This document shows positions 31,228-41,074 of a stretch of DNA of 64,000 bases, piece after piece. The notes beneath the pieces are model-generated. The model worked only from the letters and a program-made list of their open reading frames with translations, did no database searches and was not told where the DNA came from. This DNA comes from Rhodospirillaceae bacterium (GTDB lineage: Bacteria > Pseudomonadota > Alphaproteobacteria > MPNO01 > UBA2964): the NCBI GenBank assembly GCA_002720855.1, contig PBIN01000014.1, positions 393,619-457,618 of the forward strand. Direction: 5' to 3'. Each line of letters starts with the position of its first letter. Positions within the stretch are counted from its first letter, which is position 1. The position numbers and the translations under genes were made by a program.

Positions 31228-32076
31228 ATGAGTTTATTGGACAGAATTAACGATTGTAACAATGGAACGGATGTTTCCGCCTATCGGCCATTTGAAGTAA
31301 ATCAAACGCGAGTCGGCTGGATTCACCGTCGTTTTTCGGCGGCGCTCGAGCCTTTTGAGGATGTCTTCAATATCCACGAAAAAACGATTTCGCTTTCCGA
31401 CAAGCTGAAGGATTATCAATCCAGAAGTGCCGGTCTCGATGTGGTTTTGCGTTCGCTGGATGAGGAGGGCTGGTTTCCCGGTTGGCGCGATGAAGCGTAC
31501 CCGGTGGGGACAGGGTTTTACGATCAGCCGATCTTGGAGATGGAGCGTACGGCAGTTCCGCGCTTCGGAGTTTCTGCGTACGGCGTGCATATCAACGGAT
31601 TTGTAAGAGACGGGGACAAATTGTTGATGTGGATTGCGCGGCGTGCGGACGACAAACCGACTTATCCCGGGATGCTTGATAACTTTGTGGCCGGCGGTCA
31701 GCCCGTTGGGCTCGGTCTTATGGAAAACGTTCTCAAAGAATCAGCGGAGGAAGCCGCCGTTCCAGAGGAAATCGCCCGCAAGGCCCGGCCGGTGGGCGCA
31801 ATTTCGTATCGGCGTGAAGAAGATAACTGTTTGAAACCAGACGTGATGTTTGTGTTCGATATGGAATTGCCGAGGGACTTTGTTCCAACCAATACCGATG
31901 GCGAACTTTCCGATTTTAGTCTTTTGCCGGCACAGAAGGTCATGGAGATCACGGCCGATACCGCTGATTTCAAATTCAATTGTGCTGCCGTCAATGTCGA
32001 TTTTTTTATACGACATGGAATTTTGGGACCGGATGACCCCGACTATGTCGAGATTCAGCGCGGGCTCCATCGGTGA
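31228..32076 (+). CDS. NUDIX-family hydrolase with an N-terminal DUF4743-like domain
   Basis: Non-canonical Nudix-box-like GLGLMENVLKESAEEAAV. The two-domain architecture resembles YJR142W-type NUDIX enzymes. The assignment is from memory. Confidence 0.55.
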   Translation: MSLLDRINDCNNGTDVSAYRPFEVNQTRVGWIHRRFSAALEPFEDVFNIHEKTISLSDKLKDYQSRSAGLDVVLRSLDEEGWFPGWRDEAYPVGTGFYDQPILEMERTAVPRFGVSAYGVHINGFVRDGDKLLMWIARRADDKPTYPGMLDNFVAGGQPVGLGLMENVLKESAEEAAVPEEIARKARPVGAISYRREEDNCLKPDVMFVFDMELPRDFVPTNTDGELSDFSLLPAQKVMEITADTADFKFNCAAVNVDFFIRHGILGPDDPDYVEIQRGLHR

Positions 32077-32723
32077 TCGAACGCGTTACCAACAAGCGGC
32101 TCACCGAAATGACGGCTGCGCTATGCCATCACGATCCCGATTTGGCGAAGGTGGTAAAAGAATTCGGCGTTCCCCCTCTTTGGAAAAGACCACAAGGGTT
32201 TCGGACGTTGCTGTATCTCATATTGGAACAACAGGTTTCGCTTGCATCAGCGCGCGCGACCTATGAAAGGCTCGTGGCGAAGCTGGGGTCAGACCCAGAA
32301 CCTGAACCGTTTCTGTGCCTCAGCGACGACGATTTAAGAGGTCTTGGGTTTTCTCGTCAGAAATCCCGCTATTGCCAGTTGCTCGCGGAAGCAGTGGCCG
32401 ATGGGAGTCTGCCGCTAGGTAAACTTGGGCGCTATGACGATGAAGCGGCTAAGGCGGAAATGATGAAAATTACCGGAATCGGTCACTGGACGGCGGATGT
32501 TTATTTGATGGAAGCATTGGGACGGCCGGATGTGTGGCCGGTGGGCGATTTGGCGCTCGCCGTTGGGGTTGAGAAAGTTAAAAATCTCAAAGCGCGGCCC
32601 ACTGCAGATGAATTGCAAGCGCTTGGCGAACAGTGGCGGCCCTATCGGGCGGTTGCCGCGCGCATTCTCTGGCTCTATTACCTCAATGTCATCAGACCGC
32701 CAGCAGGAGGAAAACCGACATGA
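32073..32723 (+). CDS. HhH-GPD DNA glycosylase (AlkA / 3-methyladenine glycosylase II-like)
   Basis: Helix-hairpin-helix ITGIGHWTADVYL followed by the catalytic Asp in VWPVGDLAL. The GTG start overlaps the upstream stop (GTGA). Confidence 0.7.
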   Translation: MIERVTNKRLTEMTAALCHHDPDLAKVVKEFGVPPLWKRPQGFRTLLYLILEQQVSLASARATYERLVAKLGSDPEPEPFLCLSDDDLRGLGFSRQKSRYCQLLAEAVADGSLPLGKLGRYDDEAAKAEMMKITGIGHWTADVYLMEALGRPDVWPVGDLALAVGVEKVKNLKARPTADELQALGEQWRPYRAVAARILWLYYLNVIRPPAGGKPT

Positions 32724-33388
32724 ATGATTTGCCAACCTTATCCGGCCCATCTATGGGGCCGGCCTCCGGCAACGCAAAAAGCCTGGTGATTTTATTGCAC
32801 GGGTATGGTGCCAATGGTGACGATCTGATTGGTCTGGCGCCGCCCTTATCGCAAGTTTTGCCGGATACAGTTTTTGTGTCTCCCAACGCGCCGCACCCTT
32901 GTGCACAAAATCCCTTTGGCGGTCTGCAATGGTTCGATGTTTGGGAAGGCGATGACTACGACAGGCTTTCTCAGGTACGGGTAGCGGCCGCCACGATCGA
33001 CGCCTTCATTGATAGCGAACTTGAGAGACAGGGATTGAGTGACGACCAGTTTGCCCTGCTCGGTTTTTCTCAGGGAACCATGCTGTCTTTGCATGTTGGG
33101 GTTCGCCGGGAAAATCCACCGGCAGGAATTTTAGGTTATTCCGGTCGATTGGAAGCACCCGAGACACTTGCCGACGAAATTAAAGTCCGCCCACCAGTGA
33201 TGTTGATCCATGGCGAAGAAGATCCGCTTTTGTCGGTCGATTTGATGGATAGTGCGGCAGGTATGTTGCGCGACAACGGTGTCGAAGTGGACACGCATCG
33301 CCGGCCAGGGCTTGCTCATAGTATAGATCAGGACGGCGTAAATCTTGGCGCAGGTTTCCTAAGCGTTGTCCTCAAGTCGCAGGGTTAG
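32720..33388 (+). CDS. phospholipase/carboxylesterase-family alpha/beta hydrolase
   Basis: LLHGYGANGDD, GFSQG nucleophile elbow and LIHGEEDPLL. AGGAGGA lies 10 nt upstream of the ATG, and the ATG overlaps the upstream stop (ATGA). Confidence 0.8.
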   Translation: MNDLPTLSGPSMGPASGNAKSLVILLHGYGANGDDLIGLAPPLSQVLPDTVFVSPNAPHPCAQNPFGGLQWFDVWEGDDYDRLSQVRVAAATIDAFIDSELERQGLSDDQFALLGFSQGTMLSLHVGVRRENPPAGILGYSGRLEAPETLADEIKVRPPVMLIHGEEDPLLSVDLMDSAAGMLRDNGVEVDTHRRPGLAHSIDQDGVNLGAGFLSVVLKSQG

Positions 33389-33597
33389 ATTCTATTTCGT
33401 TTAGGAAGAGGAAATTTTCGGGAATCGACGAGGCGTAATCTGTTTCGATAAATTTCCTGTGTCGATTCGAGCGCTCGCATTGTGCCGTCTATAATTCCCT
33501 TGTAACATTTCTCGCCTACAAGCGATGCCGTGACTTTTGAATGAGCGGTATTAGTTTAAATTGAGTACAAGATAAGGGTCTCAGGAACTTAGTACCG

Positions 33598-34149
33598 ATG
33601 CAGGATTCACCAGCACTCGTTCTCAATGCTGATTTTCGGCCTCTGAGTTATTTCCCTTTATCGCTTTGGTGCTGGCAGGATGCAGTAAAGGCCGTTTTTC
33701 TCGACCGGGTTAATATCGTTGCGGAGTATGAAAATTCCGTTCGGTCCCCTTCATTTTCGATGAAACTGCCGAGCGTAATTGCGCTTAAAGAGTATATCCC
33801 GCTGTCCCGTAAACCGGCATTCACACGATTTAACGTCTTCCTGCGTGATCGCTTCGACTGTCAGTATTGTGGCGAGTGTTTCCCGGTGCACGAACTCACG
33901 TTCGACCATGTCGTCCCGCGCTCACGGGGCGGCAGAACCAATTGGGAAAACGTTGTAACGGCTTGCTCGGCTTGTAATTTGCGCAAATCGAACAAGAGCG
34001 TCGATGAATCCGAGATGTATCCCATGCAGCGTCCACACCAGCCTTCAACATGGCAATTGCAGGAAAATGGTCGCGCGTTTCCGCCAAATTATTTGCACGA
34101 AAGCTGGCGGGATTTTCTCTATTGGGATACCGAGCTGCAGGACGACTAA
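33598..34149 (+). CDS. HNH endonuclease
   Basis: CQYCGE...HELTFDHVVPRSRGGRTNWENVVTACSACNLRK HNH zinc-finger nuclease motif; 183 aa. Confidence 0.85.
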   Translation: MQDSPALVLNADFRPLSYFPLSLWCWQDAVKAVFLDRVNIVAEYENSVRSPSFSMKLPSVIALKEYIPLSRKPAFTRFNVFLRDRFDCQYCGECFPVHELTFDHVVPRSRGGRTNWENVVTACSACNLRKSNKSVDESEMYPMQRPHQPSTWQLQENGRAFPPNYLHESWRDFLYWDTELQDD

Positions 34150-34157
34150 AACACTCT

Positions 34158-34721
34158 CTAGTTTACGTCTACCGGATCGCCTTCGCTTTTCTGAAGGACC
34201 AAGGGTGACCGGCTTTCAATCGTCCAACGATAGCGCATTGCATATCGCTGAACGTCAGGCATTTGCCATGCATCGTCGAATGTTTCTTCGGTTATGTCGG
34301 TATTCTCGATGATGTCCTGAGCGTTCAAGGTCGATTTCTCAGAATGGCGGATCAGCCAACAAAGCGCCTCCCATCCCGATTTGTCGCCGCGCTGGCTTGG
34401 TATGGCTTCAACGAGACCACGCCCTTCCGGTCCGTCGATAATCTCGACGCCTTTCCAGAAGGCGATGTGGTCCTTGATTAAGGATGCCTCATCGTACGGC
34501 GTTTCATAATGCCATGCCGCGCCTTGGTTCTCCTCGCCCGCCACAACGACATCGAAGTAACTGGCAAACCCCTTCCAATGACAAAAGGTGTCAGGCACGT
34601 CTTCATTTCGAACGACATGATCCCAGTTGACCGTTTTATTTGGAAAATAAGCATTACCTTCGACGTGCGCGATCTTGTCGCTTTCCGCGAGTGCCACGCC
34701 ATTCCAAACAGCTTTTGGCAT
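34158..34721 (-). CDS. DUF427-domain protein (tandem)
   Basis: Two copies of the A(A/V)W.Y..P-type motif (AAWHYETP...). The assignment is from memory of the family. Confidence 0.5.
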   Translation of the reverse strand: MPKAVWNGVALAESDKIAHVEGNAYFPNKTVNWDHVVRNEDVPDTFCHWKGFASYFDVVVAGEENQGAAWHYETPYDEASLIKDHIAFWKGVEIIDGPEGRGLVEAIPSQRGDKSGWEALCWLIRHSEKSTLNAQDIIENTDITEETFDDAWQMPDVQRYAMRYRWTIESRSPLVLQKSEGDPVDVN

Positions 34722-34750
34722 TGAGTGGCCTCCTATGACGAAGTCAAACC

Positions 34751-37138
34751 TCAGACTTTTCCGAGTGCCTTGAGAATAGTCTCAGGAGACATGGGTTGTG
34801 AAGAAATCTTGCCACCGAAAGGCCTGAGAGCGTCATTGACGGCATTCATCACAACAGCTGGTGCTGCGCCGGTGCCGGATTCGCCAACTCCTTTCGCGCC
34901 GAGTTCAGAAACACCTGTGTGGGTCTGAATATGGGCAACTTCGATATCGGGCATTTCGCCTGCCATCGGTGTAAGATAGTCCGCTAAAGTGGCGTTCTGC
35001 AGTTGGCCAGCCGCGTCGTAAACACATTCTTCGTAGAGTGCGCCGCCGAGACCCTGGACACAGCCGCCGCGGACCTGTTCATCGGCCAGCTGCGGATTTA
35101 TGACCCGGCCACAATCTTCAACAACCCAATGATTAAGTAGCTTGAGAAAGCCGGTATCGATGTCCACCTCGACGTAGGCACCCTGAATACCGTTCGTAAA
35201 AATATATAGCGCATCGCGTAGCCTGAAACGATGGGTTGCCGAGAGGGTTGGCTGAACATGATTAGGCAACTCGAACACCTGAAAATGTCCAATGCGTCCA
35301 ATTTCAGCGAGTGAAATTCGAGATACGGTATCTCCCTTATCGACGACGTGCCCTTCGACGATATCGAGTGTCTCCGGCGCTGCCTGCAGCAAAACACCGG
35401 CAATCTCGAGAATCTCGGCGCGTAATTTAAGAGCTGCCTGGTAGGTTGCTTCGCCGCCAATCGCTGTTGCACGGGAAGCGTATGTGCCGCCGCCATAAGG
35501 AACGGCGTCCGTATCGCCCTCAATCACACGAACAGATTCAATTGGGACGCCGAGCGTGGCTGCGGTTATCTGGCCCATAACGGTATCGACGCCCTGGCCC
35601 TGATCGGTCACGCCGACCATGCAAATCACGCCGCCCGCAGGTTCGAGTTTTACAGTACAGGCATCCTGTGTGGCGATTGGTGCGCCGCCTGCACCGTAAT
35701 AACCCGAAGGGCCAGGGGCCGTGCCCTTGATGAATGCCGCAATACCGATCCCGCGTTGAACGCCCTTCTTGCGAAATTCTTCCTGTTCTTCGCGCAACGC
35801 ATCATAGTTCATCCGTTCAACGAGCGTCTCCAGGCACTGCTGGTGCGACATGTCGCGCATTTCGATTCCCGCCGCACCTATTCTTGGGTAGGAGTCATCA
35901 TGCATTACGTTGCGGCGCCGGAATTCCATAGGATCAATACCGCATGCGGCGGCCGCCTGATCGACAAGTGATTCTCCAACGGAGTTTCCGATAGGATGTC
36001 CCACGGCGCGATATTGCGAGGTGGGGACCTTGTTGAGATAGACGACCTGCGTGCTTGCCCGGTAATTCTCATGGGCGTAGGGCCCGCCGGTGATGTTCAG
36101 AATCTGATTGGCCTCAAAAACGCTGGTGCGCGGATATTGCGAATATGCACCGGCGCCCGAGCGAATATCGATGTCCATCGACGTAATTTTACCGTCCTTG
36201 GTAACAGCAATCCGGCCCCGTACCCGATTTTCGCGGGCATGGATATCTGTTGCAAAACTCTCCAGCCGATCAGCAATGAACTTTACCGGTCTCGCCAATT
36301 TGACGGATGCTGCAATTGTCGCGATTTCGTCGCCGAAGGTATGAATTTTAAGGCCAAATGATCCACCGACATCGGGTGCCACGATCCGCACATTATGCTC
36401 GGGCAGTCCAAGGGTACGTGCAAATACCGCCTGAACCATATGCGGACATTGACTGCTTGTATGGATCGTCAGCCGTTCTGTCCCCGGATCGTATTCGGCG
36501 AGAAGCGCACGCGGCTCGAGGCTAACGGCAGTGTGGCGTCCAAATGTGAACGTATCCTCAATGACGATATCCGCTTCTGCGACGGCTTTATCGACATCGC
36601 CAGTCTCAATTGTTTTTTCGAAGGCGAGATTATCTCCCAAATCGGGATGAATGGCGGGAGTGTCAGGATCCAGAGCCGTCTCTTTATCGATGACAACCGG
36701 CAACTCTTCATACTCGATCATCACAAATTCAGCGGCGTCTTCTGCCGCGGCGCGGCTGGAGGCAACAACCATCACCAGCGGTTCGCCCTGCCAACAAGCC
36801 CGGTCAACCGCCATCGGATATTGTGGCGCGGATTTCATGCCATCAAAGCACGTGAGTGTGCCGACCCAGGGGCCGGTACACATCTCAGCCAATTCTGCAC
36901 CTGTCATGACGAGAGCGACGCCGGGCTGTTGTTTCGCCTCCTCGACATCGACCGATAAAATTTTTGCATGACCATAGGGGCTACGCACAAAAGCAGCGTG
37001 CAAGGTCCGTGCGGGATTGATGTCATCGGTATAGCGACCGCGGCCCGCCACGGCGCGTTTAGCGGCATCGCGCGAGAGGGTTCGCCCAACATAGCTGTTC
37101 GGCCGGTCGAGGATTGGGGCAGGTGATTCCTTATTCAT
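34751..37138 (-). CDS. xanthine-dehydrogenase-family molybdopterin-binding large subunit (CoxL/CutL-like; not form-I CO dehydrogenase)
   Basis: 795 aa with DVGGSFGLK and an active-site-loop equivalent QYRAVGHP. The form-I CODH signature VAYRCSFR is absent. It follows the 2Fe-2S and FAD subunit genes. Confidence 0.85.
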   Translation of the reverse strand: MNKESPAPILDRPNSYVGRTLSRDAAKRAVAGRGRYTDDINPARTLHAAFVRSPYGHAKILSVDVEEAKQQPGVALVMTGAELAEMCTGPWVGTLTCFDGMKSAPQYPMAVDRACWQGEPLVMVVASSRAAAEDAAEFVMIEYEELPVVIDKETALDPDTPAIHPDLGDNLAFEKTIETGDVDKAVAEADIVIEDTFTFGRHTAVSLEPRALLAEYDPGTERLTIHTSSQCPHMVQAVFARTLGLPEHNVRIVAPDVGGSFGLKIHTFGDEIATIAASVKLARPVKFIADRLESFATDIHARENRVRGRIAVTKDGKITSMDIDIRSGAGAYSQYPRTSVFEANQILNITGGPYAHENYRASTQVVYLNKVPTSQYRAVGHPIGNSVGESLVDQAAAACGIDPMEFRRRNVMHDDSYPRIGAAGIEMRDMSHQQCLETLVERMNYDALREEQEEFRKKGVQRGIGIAAFIKGTAPGPSGYYGAGGAPIATQDACTVKLEPAGGVICMVGVTDQGQGVDTVMGQITAATLGVPIESVRVIEGDTDAVPYGGGTYASRATAIGGEATYQAALKLRAEILEIAGVLLQAAPETLDIVEGHVVDKGDTVSRISLAEIGRIGHFQVFELPNHVQPTLSATHRFRLRDALYIFTNGIQGAYVEVDIDTGFLKLLNHWVVEDCGRVINPQLADEQVRGGCVQGLGGALYEECVYDAAGQLQNATLADYLTPMAGEMPDIEVAHIQTHTGVSELGAKGVGESGTGAAPAVVMNAVNDALRPFGGKISSQPMSPETILKALGKV

Positions 37139-37141
37139 TCC

Positions 37142-37627
37142 TCAACCCTCTTCCAATCGCTTGTTGAGGGTCATTTCCACCGCATCGACGATGGCGTGGT
37201 ATCCCGTACAGCGGCAAAAATTTCCTGAGAGATGATCGCGAATTTCTGCACGTGTCACGGGTTTGGGGTCGCGTAGAAGCTCTGATGCGGTGATCAGCAT
37301 GCCGGGTGTGCAATAGCCACATTGCATAGCATTTCGGTTGACAAAATTCTCCTGCAGATCGGCGACTTCCCCTGTTTGTGTCAGGCCTTCGACGGTTACG
37401 ACCTCTGCGCCATCGGCCTGCACCGCAAGCATGAGGCAACCACGAACCACCGCGCCGTCGACACGAACAGAGCATGCACCGCAAACGCCGTGTTCGCAGC
37501 CAAGATGCGAACCTGTCAGGCCCATCTCCGTTCGCAAGAAATCGACGAGGTGTTGCCGAACTGGGACGGTTCGGGCGACTTGTTCGCCATTGACGCTGAG
37601 CGAAATCTCCATCGTTGCTTCACTCAT
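37142..37627 (-). CDS. (2Fe-2S)-binding small subunit of the Mo hydroxylase
   Basis: CEHGVCGACSV and CGYCTPGM cysteine motifs; 161 aa. Confidence 0.9.
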   Translation of the reverse strand: MSEATMEISLSVNGEQVARTVPVRQHLVDFLRTEMGLTGSHLGCEHGVCGACSVRVDGAVVRGCLMLAVQADGAEVVTVEGLTQTGEVADLQENFVNRNAMQCGYCTPGMLITASELLRDPKPVTRAEIRDHLSGNFCRCTGYHAIVDAVEMTLNKRLEEG

Positions 37628-38496
37628 CAGGCGGCCTCCGCCCGTTCGATCGCAGTGTCGAGGGCCCGTCCGGTAAGAACTTTTTGTAGATGCAGTTTCA
37701 TCGCCGAGCTGCCCTGAAGATTGGCCATCGGGTCGAGGTCATCTTCCAACGCTTTGGTTGCAGCTTCTTTGCATTCTTCGGACCATGCCTGTCCGATGAC
37801 GGCCGAGACGGCTTTGCTTGCGAGCGTTGGTTTGTCTTCGCTACCGAAATAAACCAGTCGTAAACCCTCAAAGGCGTTGCCATTGATGCGCGCTACACAT
37901 GCCAGTCCTGCCATTGCGTAGTCGCCATGCCGTTGAGCGAGTTCCATAAAGACCGATATGTCTCCGGTCTTTTTGGCCGGTATTCGGAGTTCAACGAGGA
38001 GTTCGTTGGTTTCACGCGCTGTTTCGTAAAGCCCATGAAAATAATCCTCGGCTGCTATCTCGCGCGAACCGTTTACACTTTCAACAACCATAGTGCCGCC
38101 TAGCGCAAGAACGCAGGCGGGCATTTCAGCGGCGGGGTCAGCGAGCGCAACGCTGCCGCCGATGGTTCCACGATTGCGGACTGCATGGTGCGCGACATGC
38201 GGCATTGCTTCAGCGATGAGCGGTAGATGCTCAGCAACGACTGGCGAGTTAGCGACCTCTACATGACGCGTCAGGGCGCCTATGCGGACTATGTTTCCAT
38301 CGAGAGTGATGCCGCCAAGGTCAGGTATTTTGTTGATATCGATAAGCGTATCAGGCTGTGACAGCCGCATATTGAGAGTTGGCATCAGGCTTTGACCGCC
38401 AGCGATGATTCGACCGTCTTCGCCTAGTTCGTCAAGCAATTGCAGCGCATGGCTGCGTGATTCCGCTTTTACGTAGTTGAATTTTGGCGCTTTCAC
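37627..38496 (-). CDS. FAD-binding (CoxM/CutM-like) medium subunit of the Mo hydroxylase
   Basis: RIIAGGQSLMPTLNMRL FAD-binding motif. There is a 1-nt stop/start overlap with the small-subunit gene. Confidence 0.85.
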   Translation of the reverse strand: MKAPKFNYVKAESRSHALQLLDELGEDGRIIAGGQSLMPTLNMRLSQPDTLIDINKIPDLGGITLDGNIVRIGALTRHVEVANSPVVAEHLPLIAEAMPHVAHHAVRNRGTIGGSVALADPAAEMPACVLALGGTMVVESVNGSREIAAEDYFHGLYETARETNELLVELRIPAKKTGDISVFMELAQRHGDYAMAGLACVARINGNAFEGLRLVYFGSEDKPTLASKAVSAVIGQAWSEECKEAATKALEDDLDPMANLQGSSAMKLHLQKVLTGRALDTAIERAEAA

Positions 38497-38667
38497 GCCA
38501 CCCTCCTAAATTTTACAGCCCGATTTTGGATAGCCTAATTTTTTGTGGCCGGGATGCTCCCACCTTTGATCGCCTTGTGCAAGATGTCCGCTGCGAAACC
38601 TTTTTTTTGAAAATCATTTTCAATCGTTGCAAAACACGGTAACCATGCGCGTCATTTTCGTATCGGA

Positions 38668-40122
38668 GTGGGTAGCTTGGCGAACAAGGATTTACGGGAT
38701 TGGATCGACGATGTCGAGTCTGTCGGAGAGTTGCATAGCATTTCCGGCGCAGATCCAAAGGAAGATATTGGTGGGATCGTTGATATCGTTCAACGCAGGA
38801 TGGGCGATCCGGCTCTGATGTTTGATAATATTCCGGGATTTCCGAAGGGCCATCGGGTCCTATCCAACCTGTTAACATCCACGCCTCGAATAAATCTGGC
38901 GCTCGGTCTGCCGGCGGATGCCTCAGAAATGGAGCTGGTTCAGTGGTGGCGTAAATACATGGCGGATGCGCCTTCCATACCGCCCACGCAAGTTAACGGC
39001 GGTGCACTGCTGGAGAATGTCACTGAAGGTGGGGATGTCGATGTGACCTCCATTCCAACACCCGTCTGGCATGAACATGATGGCGGCCATTTCATCGGCA
39101 CGGCTTGCATGGTGGTTATGAAAGACCCGGATTCAGACTGGATCAATTACGGCACGTACCGCATGCAGGTGCATGAGCCCGATGTCGTGTCGGTGATGAT
39201 GTCGCCTGGCAAGCACGGGCGGATAATCATGGAGAAGTACCACGCCCGTGGCGAACCATGTCCGGTTGCTGCGGTGTTTGGCATGCATCCTGCGATGTTT
39301 ATGCTTTCGGGTCTTGAAATTCCCTATGGCAAAAGCGAATACGAAGCGGCCGGCGGAATCTTTGGCGAAGCTGTTGAGATAATCAACATGCCGAAAACCG
39401 GATTGCCGGTTCCCGCCAATGCTGAGATTGCCCTCGAAGGTTATATCAAACCTGGCGATGAAGTCGTTGAAGGGCCGCTTGGCGAATGGACAGGCTACTA
39501 TGCCGGAGGGCAGCGGCCAGAGCCTGCGATCCGCGTTGCGACCATGATGCATCGCGACAATCCCGTTCTTATGGGTGCCGTGCCGGCCGTTCCGCCGAAC
39601 GACAACACATACTATTTAGGTCACTACCGCTGCGGTGCAGTTTGGTCCCAGCTGGAAGCTGCAGGCATTCCAGAGATTAAAGGCGTTTGGGCGCATGAGG
39701 CAGGTGGCAGCCGGTTCTGGCTGACCATCTCAATAAAACAGCTTTATGGCGGACATGCCAAACAGGCAGGGATGGTTGCTTCACAATGTCTGGCGGGTGC
39801 TTATTGCAATCGTTGGACCGTTGTCGTGGACGACGATATTGATCCGACCAACATCAACGATGTGTTGTGGTCGATGTGTACGCGATGCGATCCGCGCGAG
39901 GATGTTGATATTACGTCTGGTGGATGGAGTTCGCATCTGGATCCGATGTGTTTCGACGATGAAACAGACCGGCGTAATGCGCGCGTTGTCATCGATGCGT
40001 GCATACCGTTTAAGCGCAAGGAAACATTCCCCATCGTAGCCCGGAACAGCGCGGAACTCGATGATCGTATTCGCAAAAAATGGGCCAATGTTTTGCCGGA
40101 CGACTTTGTTAAAGGCGGATAA
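38668..40122 (+). CDS. UbiD-family (prFMN-dependent) decarboxylase
   Basis: N-terminal DLRDWIDDVESVGELHSI is UbiD-like; 484 aa. The start is GTG at 38668, or TTG at 38677 with GGAG 9 nt upstream. Confidence 0.85.
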   Translation: MGSLANKDLRDWIDDVESVGELHSISGADPKEDIGGIVDIVQRRMGDPALMFDNIPGFPKGHRVLSNLLTSTPRINLALGLPADASEMELVQWWRKYMADAPSIPPTQVNGGALLENVTEGGDVDVTSIPTPVWHEHDGGHFIGTACMVVMKDPDSDWINYGTYRMQVHEPDVVSVMMSPGKHGRIIMEKYHARGEPCPVAAVFGMHPAMFMLSGLEIPYGKSEYEAAGGIFGEAVEIINMPKTGLPVPANAEIALEGYIKPGDEVVEGPLGEWTGYYAGGQRPEPAIRVATMMHRDNPVLMGAVPAVPPNDNTYYLGHYRCGAVWSQLEAAGIPEIKGVWAHEAGGSRFWLTISIKQLYGGHAKQAGMVASQCLAGAYCNRWTVVVDDDIDPTNINDVLWSMCTRCDPREDVDITSGGWSSHLDPMCFDDETDRRNARVVIDACIPFKRKETFPIVARNSAELDDRIRKKWANVLPDDFVKGG

Positions 40123-40137
40123 CGCCTCGTAATCGCT

Positions 40138-40992
40138 ATGAACGATATGCTCCGCGGTGCGGCATGGATGATACTTGCCGGCATTTGCTGGACGGTAATG
40201 ACGATTCTGGTGCGTCACCTTTCCGAAGACTATTCATCCTTTGAAATTCTGTTCTTTCGAAACCTGGTGTCGGTATGCATTTTGTTGCCGGTAGCAATGA
40301 AGTCCGGGCTCTCTACCTTAAAAACCGAGCGATTGCCGCTACACAGTTTGCGGGCATTATTATCCTATATCGGCGTGCTTTTGTTGTTTTACGGGATTGC
40401 GAATATCCCTTTACCAGATGTGACGGCGCTGAGTTTTACGCAACCTTTATTTGTCGTTGTACTGGCAGCTTTGATTCTCAGAGAAAACGTAACCGGCCCA
40501 CGATGGGCAGCTGTTTTTGTCGGGTTTTCAGGGCTCCTTGTTATTGTCCGACCGGGATTTATCGCACTTGAAATAGCCACTCTCCTGGTGATGTTGTCTG
40601 CGTTCTCATATGCATGTTCCAACATCTGCGTAAAAAAATTGATGACGACAGACACCGCCAATCAATCCGTCTTTTATTTCAACCTCCTCATGTTGCCGAT
40701 TGCACTGGTGCCGACTCTGTTCGTTTGGGTAACGCCTACATGGGCAGATTTACCTGTTCTCATCGCGATCGGCATAAATGGCACCATCGCTGTTTATGCC
40801 TACGCTCGTTCCTTTACGCTGGCCGATGCGAGCGCTGTGATGCCGTTTGATTTTTTGCGAATGCCCATGGCGGCGACAGCCGCTTTCCTACTCTTTTCCG
40901 AAACCGGTGATATCTGGACGTGGATTGGCGCCATCATTATTTTCGCGAGCTCCTATGCGCTGGCCCGAAGCAACAGCAAAACAACTGGTTAG
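40138..40992 (+). CDS. DMT-superfamily (EamA-like) transporter
   Basis: Ten hydrophobic helices; starts 15 nt after the UbiD stop. Confidence 0.8.
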   Translation: MNDMLRGAAWMILAGICWTVMTILVRHLSEDYSSFEILFFRNLVSVCILLPVAMKSGLSTLKTERLPLHSLRALLSYIGVLLLFYGIANIPLPDVTALSFTQPLFVVVLAALILRENVTGPRWAAVFVGFSGLLVIVRPGFIALEIATLLVMLSAFSYACSNICVKKLMTTDTANQSVFYFNLLMLPIALVPTLFVWVTPTWADLPVLIAIGINGTIAVYAYARSFTLADASAVMPFDFLRMPMAATAAFLLFSETGDIWTWIGAIIIFASSYALARSNSKTTG

Positions 40993-41074
40993 TAAATCGT
41001 CGTCTACGCCGCCTTACGCGCCAAGAGCGGCGTCAAATGGCAATATAGTCAGGCGCATCGTTTTCCAGCCACTT

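Noticed and set aside
33598-34149. HNH endonuclease as part of a restriction-modification or defence system.
   Set aside because: There is no adjacent methyltransferase, ATPase or specificity gene. It looks like the widely conserved stand-alone alphaproteobacterial HNH protein.
34751-38496. Aerobic CO dehydrogenase (coxMSL) call.
   Set aside because: The large subunit lacks the form-I VAYRCSFR active-site loop (it has QYRAVGHP). There are no coxDEFG accessory genes nearby. A generic Mo hydroxylase is the better call.
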